Notes under the pieces: generated by a model
Seen by the model: only the letters and a program-made list of their open reading frames with translations
The model's database searches: none
Told to the model about the DNA's origin: nothing
Translations under genes and position numbers: made by a program
Source: Octopus sinensis
Lineage: Eukaryota
DNA length: 64,000 nucleotides
NCBI RefSeq assembly: GCF_006345805.1
Contig: NC_043021.1
Span: 17,670,001 to 17,734,000 of the forward strand
Reading direction: 5' to 3'
In this document: positions 13,784 through 23,935 of the stretch, one piece after another
Numbering within the stretch: the stretch's first letter is position 1
Layout: each line of letters begins with the position of its first letter

Positions 13784-14316
13784 CTGCAACGAGACAAAAA
13801 CAATACAAAAATCATTTCATTTCCAAACTTGTGTAACCAAGACAAAATAATCAAAATACTAAAATCTTGTTATGATTAATAAAAGACTAAAAAATAAATA
13901 TATAATTAAATGACTAAGCAATTATGTTTTTTGCCTTATTAATCTTTATCTCCAGAGATGAAAAATATAATTTCATAATTATGTCTATAACAGAGACACA
14001 TCATGGAAGACTTTTTACTGTAAAAATCAAAGAGTATTAAATTCCCTTCAAATATATCTCACAAGGTGTTAAAGTTGTCGTCCCCTGATTGTAACCTGCT
14101 CACTGACCTACTTTCAGGACCTACAGGAGAATTGTGTCAGTGACCAGGTTGCAGTTGTACAAAAACCTTCATACCTCGCGAAATAATTTTGAAATGGTTG
14201 TTTGATAATGTAGCTTCAACACACAGACACACAAGTCATCTGCTAGACAAGTACAATTCCAAAAGGTTGTCATGTAGGTATAAATATTAAATTACTTTTA
14301 GTCTCAAAGCAGACAC

Positions 14317-14720
14317 TTAAAGCTTTAGCATTCAGATTATTTTGTCAAACATTTTGAATTAATCAAGCATTATCTCTTGGCTTCATCATTTAGATGATGT
14401 GACTGTTTATTTTTAGAATGACATTGTAGTGAAGGTCCAAGAGGCTGGATCTGGCCAGTTTGATCAGAGAACTGGTAGAACATTAGGATCAAATCAGGAC
14501 AGTTTAACCCTTTCGTATTTAAGCCAGCTATACTTGGCCCAAATATTCTACCTGTTTTAAGTTGAAACCAGTCAGATCTGGTCTCTCACACTTATCCTAC
14601 AATGTCATTCTAAAAGTAAATAATCACACCATTCAAAATCTTGAAGCTATAAGATTAATCCAAAACAATGTAAATAAACAAACATAACATTTGATAAAGT
14701 ATCTGAATACTAAAGGGTTG
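14317..14720. mobile_element. Two oppositely oriented piggyBac-like MITE copies meeting at TTAA near 14503-14506
   Basis: TTAA|CCCTTT...AAAGGG termini; internal TTTAGAATGACATTGTAG and GATCTG blocks in opposite orientation; same family as 36183 and 54290. Confidence 0.7.
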
Positions 14721-14801
14721 AATTGACGGTAGTACTTATAAGACAAGGAACAACAATAATCTGAATGCAATTCTTTAACAAAAAAGGTGTAACGGTTTTA
14801 C

Positions 14802-15070
14802 CTGTGCTGTGGCTGAGGTAGGAAATACCAGGATATGTGTACAGGATGCATCACGTGGAGTTTGTAAGGGGCAATTGCTACTCATCTTTTCTTCAACTTT
14901 TACTGAATCAAAAATAATTCTAAAGGAAGACTGGGGCTCCATGGAAACAAGACACGCACTGAGGATGCAAGGTGTCTCACTGCTAGACATTATGGAACAC
15001 TGGGTGCACATATCTCTCATTTGCTGACTGGCTTTCATCAAGTTTTTCTTACCCAATAGTTCAGCCCAGC
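14802..15070 (-). CDS. MED13: MED13 exon (GWAELLGKKNL...PCILSACLVSMEPQ...SCTHILVFPTSATAQ), 269 nt
   Basis: TTCAACAG acceptor, CAG|GTAAAA donor. Confidence 0.95.
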
Positions 15071-15654
15071 CTGTTGAAAGAGAACAATTAAACCATAATC
15101 AAACAAATGTTAATAATTAAATCTTCTTCTAACGAAAACACACAAAGACAAAATTGTTTTGAGGAAGGATGGGGTGAATAAAAAAATAAATTCATTCCCC
15201 CAGTATTTTACTGGTGCTCTATCTTATTGAACCAGGCAGGATGAAAGTCAACCATGGCATGATTAAACTCATAAAGTGAAAGGGACATAATTAAATATCA
15301 GATAGCATTTTGTTTGTCATTCTGCCTATTGTACTGCTCTGACACCCTCATAACAATAATTATTATAACAGCATTCGTCACATCAAGAATTAGAAGTCGA
15401 CAATAATGTAAAATTAAAGGTAATATATCAAATTATTACTATAATAGGAAAACTGGGTACCTCAAAAATATAGTACTATAATATTAGAAGAGTAGAGTTG
15501 AGTACCTCAATACACTAGCATACAGTTATATAGCTAAGTACCTCAAAAGTTACAGTATATTATATAGTAAATATAGTAAATAGTTGTATGGCTGTTGTAC
15601 CTCAATTCTCTAGTATAAAGTAGTACAGTTAGGTACCTCTAGTATAACAGGGTA

Positions 15655-15920
15655 AAGACTTCCTTCAGTCATGAATGACCATGGGATTGCACCTAGATAC
15701 CAGCCTCCCCTCTCCATACCACTAATGTTATCCAAGGGAAAGGCAAAGGGGCCAATACAGCTTGGCACCAGTGACACCGCAACTCATTTCTGCAACTGAG
15801 AAAACAGCAGCAAAGTGAAATAAAGTGTCTTGCTCAAGAACACAACACACACCCCAGTCTGGGAATCAAACTCATGGTCTCATGATTGTAAGCCCAATGC
15901 TCTGAGTCATGAGCCTTCAC
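15655..15920 (-). mobile_element. SINE family A, internally deleted
   Basis: ATAACAGGGTA duplicated at 15644-15654 and 15921-15931; similar to 11563. Confidence 0.8.
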
Positions 15921-16033
15921 ATAACAGGGTACTATGGTAAAAATAAAATCTCTCCAACAGTACCACCAAGGTAAATGCATGCGTAGAGAGAAAACACATT
16001 AAACAGCAACAGGTTTGCCGATTCTCCCCTTAC

Positions 16034-16176
16034 CTTTCAATTCCCCATGGCCAAGTCGACCAAATCGTCCAATAACAAGACGACATGGTAGAGTTGTCAT
16101 AGACACAATTCCAACAATGAAAGTCCATAATTTTTGTAAACCGGCTTTCCTTGCTGAAGCCTTTTTCCGTCGATTA
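16034..16176 (-). CDS. MED13: MED13 exon ([17 protein letters not shown]...[16 protein letters not shown]), 143 nt
   Basis: TTTCAG|T acceptor, AAG|GTAAGG donor. Confidence 0.95.
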
Positions 16177-16939
16177 CTGAAATTAGAAAAGTGATAAGAC
16201 ATTCATGTGAAAATAATTCATTTAAAAAAAGAAAAGAAAATATTAATAAATTTTAGCAAACTTGCATATAACACATATTCTGCAGTTAGGTAAACCAAAG
16301 TCCAATTAGGGGTGGCCTGTTTTTGCAAAAACTGTTAAGTAATGTTAGTAAACATAAGGTGACTTGAATAGTGATGATGCTTTGTGGTAAGACCTTCTCT
16401 AAATTTGCAAACTTGCCTACTTTGCAGACTTGAGCAATAAGAAGTACACCCAGCAACAAAAAAATTTTCACGACCTATCAAACCCATGTCAGTATTGAAT
16501 ACCTGAAAGTAAATATCTCAAACTAACATAAGATTATTGATACTAAACAAAGAGATGTGTGTGTGTGGGGGGGGGGGGGGTAAGCAATATATAAACATTA
16601 TTGCAAATTTATACTTATAATGTTGAAAAATTAGGTGTAAAATAGTATTAGGTATTTATCATCGTCAGTGCACTAATGAACTCAAATCAAAACTACATGA
16701 GATTATCTCACAGATATTTAGTGATGAAGAATCAAAGTAACTGACAACTGGTAACTAGAACAGCTTTCAAGGGTGGCCGACATTGAAGAGTTTCAATACT
16801 TAGTTACATGGAATGCCTACAGAGGAGGACACATTGTTCAATGTATGTTGATCTTAGTTTCATGCCTTGGAGGCTACATCTAACTCCCAAGTCAGGGAAA
16901 TTTTACAGAAGTTAGGGATACTACCTTAACTCATCTAAA

Positions 16940-17235
16940 TCATCATCATCATCATCGTTTAGCATCCGCTTTCCATGCTAGCATGAGTTGGATGGTTCAA
17001 CTGGGGTCTGGGAAGCCAGAAGGCTGCCCCAGGCCCAGTTTGATCTGGCAATGTTTCTATGGCCGGATGCCCTTCCTAATGCCAACCACTCCATGAGTGT
17101 AGTGGGTGCTTTTTACGAGCCACCGGCCACGATCGGATGGTGCTTTTTAAGTGCCACAGGCACGGGGACCAGGCAAGGCTGGCAACGGCCACGAACGGAT
17201 GGTGCTTTTTACGTGCCACCGGCACGAGGCCAGTC
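16940..17235 (-). mobile_element. (GAT)n-tailed retroposon, family D, with about 2 degenerate 5' monomers
   Basis: Reverse complement of the 20860-21018 body, including GGTTGGCRTTAGGAAGGGCATCC. Confidence 0.8.
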
Positions 17236-17482
17236 GATATAAAAAAAAACAAATAACCAGCATCCACAAAACATAACAAAGAACTGGACTGGACAATGAG
17301 ACTACAACCAGGTGCCAGAAATGGCTCTGTAACTGATGATATCCAGCTTCCTCTTCGCTGTTAGAGCCCAAACATCTAAAAGTGCATCTCTGAGACAACA
17401 GAGTCCATGGATATTTGACAAAGAATATTTTAGAAAGCACAGAGGTGAGTAAAATGTTGCTTGAGTTCACCAAAAGACTTAC

Positions 17483-17712
17483 CGGTTGGGTATTTCGATA
17501 TTTATTATACAAGTCTCTTGCATCTCTCCTCGTTCGTCAGTGCAAGCGGCCAGTAGCCAACGTTGATCTTCACTCAAGCAGTAGCCACAAAACACAATCG
17601 TACTTTTTTCAAGTTTTTCGCCACAAGATTCAGCAAGTGTTGATTGCTTGTCCTTCACCGGTGCCAGAATGAAAGGTGGGCAATAGAGTCTCATCTGTCC
17701 AGCTTTTTCAAC
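17483..17712 (-). CDS. MED13: MED13 exon ([15 protein letters not shown]...[17 protein letters not shown]...[11 protein letters not shown]), 230 nt
   Basis: ATGCAG|GTT acceptor, CCG|GTAAGT donor; Med13_C / PIWI-like region. Confidence 0.95.
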
Positions 17713-17829
17713 CTGCATACATCAAAAGTTAAAAGAATTATCACAATGCTTTAAAACAACACTCATGTTAAACATTACAATAAAATAAAATGAACCGCTG
17801 AAATGTCACATGAAAAGTTTATTTTATCA

Positions 17830-18332
17830 AAATATCATTTAGTTGCAGTTCTATATTTAAGAGATGAGGAATTATGTACATTAGTTACATTTGATGGATA
17901 TTTGTCCACCCAGGTTCAAAATTTCCCTAAGACACCTGATGAAGGCTGGAGGGTACATCAGCCGAAATGTTGTGTTAACAAGAAATAAGATGAGGATAAA
18001 TATTCGTCAAATGTAAATCATTTATTTCGTTTTTGGATTTGGTTTGCAAGATTCTTTATATGAGTTCGTGTGTTGAAGCATACTCTGTTGTGTCTGGGAA
18101 GAGTCATTTTCTTTTTGTGCCTTATAATGTAACACACTCACCAGTAAAATTTCCACTTTTTTCTTATTTTTATTTTCCTAAAATTTTTGGTGCATCTTGA
18201 CTATTGAAATGGTTGCAAGACAAGGAAAATTTTAGGAAAATAAAAATCAGAAAAAAGTAGAAATTTTACCGATGCGTGTGTTAAATTGTGAGGCACAAAA
18301 AGAAAATGACTCTCCCCAGACACAACAGAGTA
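17830..18332 (+). mobile_element. Probable Penelope-like element remnant with hammerhead motif and inverted repeats
   Basis: CTGATGA...GAAA motif at 17936-17967 inside a 22-bp inverted repeat; adjoining foldback with about 107-bp arms; partial similarity to 43135-43216. Confidence 0.55.
17931..17976 (+). ncRNA. Minimal type I hammerhead ribozyme motif (probably decayed)
   Basis: Stem I GACAC/GTGTT, core CTGATGA, stem II GGCTG/CAGCC, GAAA, then TG-TT (a CpG-decayed AACGTT would be palindromic). Confidence 0.6.
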
Positions 18333-18611
18333 AATCCTTTAGTCACAATCAACAGAATTAGACCTCGATGTCAATGTTCAGATATTGCATCAAAAATTTT
18401 CACAACATTCCATCGCTATCTAACTTGATTAATCAATAAATACACAAACCAATGAGAACAAGTTATGATCCCACACAGGATAATCCCTGAATTAACACAC
18501 ATAGTGATTAATAGTGACTAACAAATACATTAAAATGCTAAATAGGACAACAATATTAAAAAAAGTTAACTACTAACATTATCAGCTTCATTAAAAATGC
18601 TGCCAACTTAC

Positions 18612-18794
18612 CTCTTTCTGTTTAAGGAAAAGTTCGGCATCAGCAGCAGGCCCAAAGCCAGTTAACGATCGTCCTAAGACATTGTGGGCCAAATTCCAGC
18701 GGCAAGTAGTAAAAACTGAGAATGCCAAAGATTTGAGCATCTGATATTGTGAGCCACATTCTTTTTGATCTATCACAGCCTCAGAGGGAATAAT
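18612..18794 (-). CDS. MED13: MED13 exon (IIPSEAV...LKSLAFSVF...SLTGFGP...), 183 nt
   Basis: TTTTCAG|ATT acceptor, GAG|GTAAGT donor. Confidence 0.95.
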
Positions 18795-18999
18795 CTGAAA
18801 ACAAATATAAAACCTCTCAATGTCAAAAAGCACCAACATTATTTTCTTCTTAAATGAATTTCTTTAGCATGGAATAATAAAACCATCTTCCTCTGTAACA
18901 GAATGGTTTTAGACAATAAAGAAAACAGTATGACACCACATTGGAAAATGGTATTATTTATTGAAAAGGAATTTGATTCTTTTAGTCTTTTACAGGCGT

Positions 19000-19167
19000 C
19001 AGTCATCTGACTATGGCCATGGTGGGACACCGCCATAAAGGGGTTTTTAGTCAAAGAAATCAAGTCCAGGACTTACTGCATCGATCTCTTTTGCCAAACC
19101 ACACCTACATCAGTTGTCGAGCAATAGTGAGGGGATAAACACAGACACACATACATATATACATTAT

Positions 19168-19232
<65 letters not shown>

Positions 19233-19650
19233 CAGGTTTGGCCAAAAGTCACCCAACAGTAAATCAAAATTCCATAAATACTATCTGTAATTCTGTGTTG
19301 ACTCGAATGAAAGAATGTGTCACTCAAGGACTTCAGTTTGAACAATTTTCATGATATTTTATATTGAGATGCTTTTCTTAAATTCATTCAGTTGTTAAAC
19401 AGAAATCTTGGAATTAAATGGTTTTGATTTACTGTCAGGTGACTTTTGGCCAACCCTGTATATAATGTATGTATGTATGTATATAATGACGAGCTTCCTT
19501 CAGTTTCCATCTACCAAATCCACTCAGAAGGCTTTGGTTAGCCCAAGGCAATAGTAGAAGACACTTGCCCTTGGTGCCATGCAGTGGGACAGAACCCAGA
19601 GTCATGCAGTTGGGAAGCAAGTTTCTTACCACACGGCCATACCAGCTGTG
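19000..19650 (-). mobile_element. tRNA-headed SINE family C (CACCTTGGGCAAGTGTCTTCTACT; internal microsatellite) with nested MITE
   Basis: Matches copies at 38805 and 62850. Confidence 0.75.
19233..19458. mobile_element. Tc1/mariner-type MITE
   Basis: About 37-bp TIRs (CAGGKTTGGCCAAAAGTCACC..CAGTAAATCAAAA), TA on both sides, inside the (TA)n tract of a SINE. Confidence 0.88.
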
Positions 19651-19967
19651 CCTATTGAATATTAATTATATTTCCCTACTGAAGTTATTAACAGATTATA
19701 ATAATAATAATATAATAATAATGAAATTATTGTATACAGTGCTCAGGTGCACCACAACTTGTCAGACAGTGCATATAAAGCACATGCAGTAATGTACAAA
19801 TGTCTGGAAAGCGAACAATGTATGAGTCAGATACATGGAGGGGAGAAAATCAGGTGTAGTGTTGGCGAATCTCAGAAAGCATGGAATTCGAAATGCATTT
19901 TCTCAATAAAAATCTGGGTTTAGAGATTATAAGATATCTAAACATAACATGCTGTGGACACGTAACA

Positions 19968-20858
19968 AACACCATCCGATCGTGGCCATTCGCCAGCCTC
20001 GTCTGGCACCTGTGTCGGTGGCACATGAAAAAACACCATCCGAGCGTGGCCGTCTGCCAGCCTCGTCTGGCACCTGTGTCGGTGGCACATGAAAAAACAC
20101 CATCCGAGCGTGGCCGTCTGCCAGCCTCGTCTGGCACCTGTGTCGGTGGCACATGAAAAAACACCATCCGAGCGTGGCCGTCTGCCAGCCTCGTCTGGCA
20201 CCTGTGTCGGTGGCACATGAAAAAACACCATCCGAGCGTGGCCATCTGCCAGCCTCGTCTGGCACCTGTGTCGGTGGCACATGAAAAAACACCATCCGAG
20301 CGTGGCCGTCTGCCAGCCTCGTCTGCACCTGTGTCGGTGGCACATGAAAAAACACCATCCGAGCGTGGCCGTCTGCCACCTCGTCTGGCACCTGTGTCGG
20401 TGGCACATAAAAAAACACCATCCGAGCGTGGCCGTCTGCCAGCCTCGTCTGGCACCTGTGTCGGTGGCACATAAAAAAACACCATCCGAGCATGGCCATT
20501 CGCCAGCCTCGTCTGGCACCTGTGTCGGTGGCACATAAAAAAACACCATCCGAGCGTGGCCATTCGCCAGCCTCGTCTGGCACCTGTGTCGGTGGCACAT
20601 AAAAAAACACCATCCGAGCGTGCCGTCTGCCAGCCTCGTCTGGCACCTGTGTCGGTGGCACATAAAAAAACACCATCCGAGCGTGGCCGTCTGCCAGCCT
20701 CGTCTGGCACCTGTGTCGGTGGCACATAAAAAAACACCATCCGAGCGTGGCCGTCTGCCAGCCTCGTCTGGCACCTGTGTCGGTGGCACATAAAAAAACA
20801 CCATCCGAGCGTGGCCGTTCGCCAGCCTCGTCTGGCACCTGTGTCGGTGGCACATAAA
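19968..20858. repeat. Minisatellite: 14 tandem copies of a 63-64-bp GC-rich unit (AAAAAACACCATCCGAGCGTGGCCGTCTGCCAGCCTCGTCTGGCACCTGTGTCGGTGGCACATR)
   Basis: ACCATCC recurs at 19971, 20035, 20099, 20163, 20227, 20291, 20354, 20417, 20481, 20545, 20609, 20672, 20736, 20800. Confidence 0.97.
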
Positions 20859-21018
20859 ATCACCCACTACACTCTCGGAGTGGTTGGCGTTAGAAAGGGC
20901 ATCCAGCTGTAGAAACACTGCCAGATCTGACTGGCCTGGTGCAGCCTTCGGGCTCCCCAGACCCCAGTTGAACCGTCCAACCCATGCTAGCATGGAAAGC
21001 GGACGTTAAACGATGATG
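20859..21018 (+). mobile_element. Body of the family D retroposon contiguous with the array, ending CGGACGTTAAACGATGATGA
   Basis: Same body at 16940, 29715, 32430, 46715, 52610; (GAT)n tail. Confidence 0.85.
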
Positions 21019-21072
21019 AACACAATACAAGTAGGAAATGAAACCAAATGCAACCAATCAACAAATACTCAC

Positions 21073-21314
21073 TTGTAGACTAACATGGCTTTGCATATGT
21101 TCTGGCAAGTTTCTCACAATTTCTTGGTAGCAGTGCAGTAACCCAATCGTTCCAAGCCTATTAAGGTGGTCCCACTCCTGACAATAGGTGAAAGGATCCA
21201 CAATATAAATAACTAGAGCCGGGCACTCTGTGGAACTATCCTCAGATTCTTGTTGTTGTTCATGGATGCCGCCGTCCCGTTGCTGCTGGGAACTGTTGCT
21301 GTCAGCACCACCAT
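21073..21314 (-). CDS. MED13: MED13 exon (...PALVIYIVDPFTY...IGLLHCYQEIVRNLPEHMQSHVSLQ), 242 nt
   Basis: TTTCTGTAG acceptor, CAA|GTGAGT donor; conserved VIYIVDPF; not in the ORF track. Confidence 0.95.
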
Positions 21315-21694
21315 CTACAGAAACAAATAATAAATGAATAAAAGAGTTACACAGGATATTAGAGACTCTAATAAGAATGTAGATATATATGTAAGCTGGA
21401 GGGAATTCTAAGGGGCAACATGTACCTCCAGTTTTAGAGCTAAGTGAGAGAAAAAGAAATGTCCCCCTTCACTAAGATGCTATTATACAGCAGGTATCAT
21501 TCCTTGATTTAATTCTTATTCCAACAACTGGATGAAAGCTATGAAAGATGCATTTTTCGTCCCACTCCAACTCCGAAACAGGACATCAAGTTGAGGAGTT
21601 GATGTTAAGAAGATAAAAGACAAAGCCCTATAGTCAACCAACCATCTATCTAATAATTTCTCTATTTCCTTCCCCACTTTTTACACACACACAC

Positions 21695-21975
21695 AAACAA
21701 GAATTTTAATATGAGATGAAGGAATGAACAGGCTTTATTACAAATGACTAAAATTGTTTCAGCTCCTGAATGAGGCATAAATTATACACACTATTGCATT
21801 TATAGGATTCAATACTGGTGTATACATGCGCATCTTCAGGTGAGTAGAGTCCAAACCACTGCTGTGTATAATGCAGGTAACATTCAGCAATTATCAGCTG
21901 ATGATGATATGCTGAAACAATTGTAGTGATTTGTAACAATGCCCATTCATTCCTGCTTCTCAAGTTAAAATCTTT
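21695..21975. mobile_element. Inverted-repeat element with degenerate hammerhead-like motifs (possible Penelope remnant)
   Basis: 21721-21763 is the approximate reverse complement of 21911-21953; CTGATGA..GAAACAATTGTA at 21898-21925; CTGAAGA on the minus strand at 21833-21839. Confidence 0.4.
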
Positions 21976-22104
21976 TTGTCTATACTCTATGGATCTTTCC
22001 AGATTTCCATATGTATACCCAGTAACGGAAGAAATCCTACTGTATAATAATACCTGGTAGCCAATATCCGAAGAGAAGCTTTGGAAAGCACGCTATAAGG
22101 TTAT

Positions 22105-22135
<31 letters not shown>

Positions 22136-22150
22136 TTCATACTACACTAA

Positions 22151-22488
22151 GGCGCATGGCTCAGTGGTTAGAGCGTCGAGCTTACGATTGTGAGGTTGTG
22201 AGCTCGAATCCCGGACCGGGCTGCGTGTTGTGTTCTTGAGCAAAGCACTTTATTTCACGTTGCTCCAGTTCACTCAGCTGTAGAAATGAGTTGCGACGTC
22301 ACAGGTGCCAAGCTGTATCGACCTTTGTCTTTCCCTTGGATAACACTGGTGGTGTGGAGAGGGGGAGGCTGGTATGCATGGGCGACTGCTGGTCTTCCAT
22401 AAACAACCTTGCCCGGACTTGTGTCTAGGAGGGTAACTTTCTAGGTGCAATCCCATGGTCATTCATGACCGAAGGGGGTCTTTACCCT
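22151..22488 (+). mobile_element. Full-length SINE family A
   Basis: A box TGGCTCAGTGG, B-box-like GCTCGAATCC; TACTACACTAAG duplicated at both ends. Confidence 0.9.
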
Positions 22489-23069
22489 TACTACACTAAG
22501 AAAAGGTGCACAATACCAGAATTTTCAACTCCAATACAACAAACCACTCCCAATTGTTAGAGTATCCATGTAAGTGGAATCAAGACTGGCCAGTCTAGTT
22601 GTAATAATGAAGTCAAACCAAAGAGTGATTGTCAATCTAGAAAACCATTTATACAGTTTGTTTAAGAAAGAAAAAAGAAAACAAAAAAGATACGTCTTTC
22701 CCTTTGAGAACTGACATATTTCAGTAAACAGCAATCCCTCCACAGGCAATATACCAAAATTTAAGACAGTCATTTCCTAGAATTAACAAAATGATGGGCA
22801 AAGTACTCTGTAATATTTAGTTCTACTGATTTACTATTCTCACGTCAAATCTCATTGAGGCACATGCCAATAAAATTAAGAAAGAGATTTCACCTAATGC
22901 GATGCCCCACACCCCCGCGCAAAAAGGTTTTGACCCTGTGCCACTGGTAGAAATAATAAAATATTTGGTACACAATTAGATTCACTGCATCACAAACTAT
23001 TTACTTTTTGCTTATATATAAGTTCCCCCTCCTCCAATGCCCCCACCCCTCTCATAATTCCTTGTCTTG

Positions 23070-23300
23070 CAAGCTACGTGGTGACCCTGCCAGTGCTAGT
23101 GCTATGAAAAAGCATCCAATCCACACTGTAAAGTGGTTGGCATTTGGAAGGTCATCCAGCTGTAAAAATCACACCAAAACTGACCTTACCTGTGCTAGTG
23201 CCACACAAAAAGCACTAAGTCCACTCTGCAGAATGGTTAGCGTTAGGAAGGGCATCCAGCCATGAAAACCCTGCCAAGATAGTTTTTCTACCTGGCTGGC
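23070..23300 (+). mobile_element. Family D-related repeat with two tandem GGTTGGC..GGAAGGGCATCCAGC units
   Basis: Motif occurs twice (about 23134 and 23235). Confidence 0.6.
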
Positions 23301-23411
23301 TCCTAATCGCACTGGATTAGTCGAATTCAGAGAGCGTGACTTAAATTTGTACTAACATATTGTAGATATTACAAATAAGACATATAGTGGAGCCGCCAAC
23401 ACTTTACATAC

Positions 23412-23762
23412 CTTTGTTCATATCATCAGGATTACTACTTCCAATGTGGCCTGTAACAGTAGTAGTAGTAGTGTTGTTGTTACTACTACTACTACTGTTA
23501 TTGTTACAACTGTTAGTCGTTGCTGATGTTGTTGTTGATTGTTGTTGTTGCTGTTGTTGTTGCTGTTGCTGGGACTGACTGGACAGTGGTTGGTTCGGTG
23601 CTGTAGACGACGTTACATTGCTGGTCGTACTACCAGATGTTTGATGTTCCGGAGTGGCTGGAGCTTGAGACATGTCAGATGATCGTGGAGTGCTGTGGTT
23701 ACTTTTGCTGCAACTCATCTCAAATAATGACTTGTCTAGCGTTTGTTGGGCAAGATGAGGGC
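23412..23762 (-). CDS. MED13: MED13 exon with poly-Q/T/N/S low-complexity tract (GPHLAQQTLDKSLF...DDMNK), 351 nt
   Basis: CTTTCAG acceptor, AAG|GTATGT donor; GPxLA..LD.SL motif; phase 1-1. Confidence 0.9.
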
Positions 23763-23935
23763 CTGAAAGAGCAGCAGCAACAATAATAATAATAAAAATA
23801 ATAAATAACAACAACAACAATAATAATAATAACAATAATAAAAGTACTAATAATAAACAGAGTAATAGAAGAGGGTTTGGTTTGGTTTAGTTTAGTAGAT
23901 AAAGAGAATAGAAAGTGTCAGATAATTGACTTTAA

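Noticed and set aside
15455-15645. let-7 related sites
   Set aside because: The motif is GTACCTC, not the CTACCTC seed match; intronic and no precursor hairpin
19968-20858. CRISPR-like array
   Set aside because: Units are contiguous and near-identical along their whole length with no unique spacers; eukaryotic intron; no cas genes
19850-20993. Three overlapping 308-351-aa minus-strand ORFs
   Set aside because: A 64-bp unit (3n+1) with no minus-strand stop cycles through all three frames and gives the same peptides in each ORF; the flanking MED13 exons join in phase without it
22151-22225. tRNA gene (also heads at 40051, 42251, 35925)
   Set aside because: tRNA-like A/B boxes run into multi-copy SINE bodies, several with TSDs; these are SINE heads
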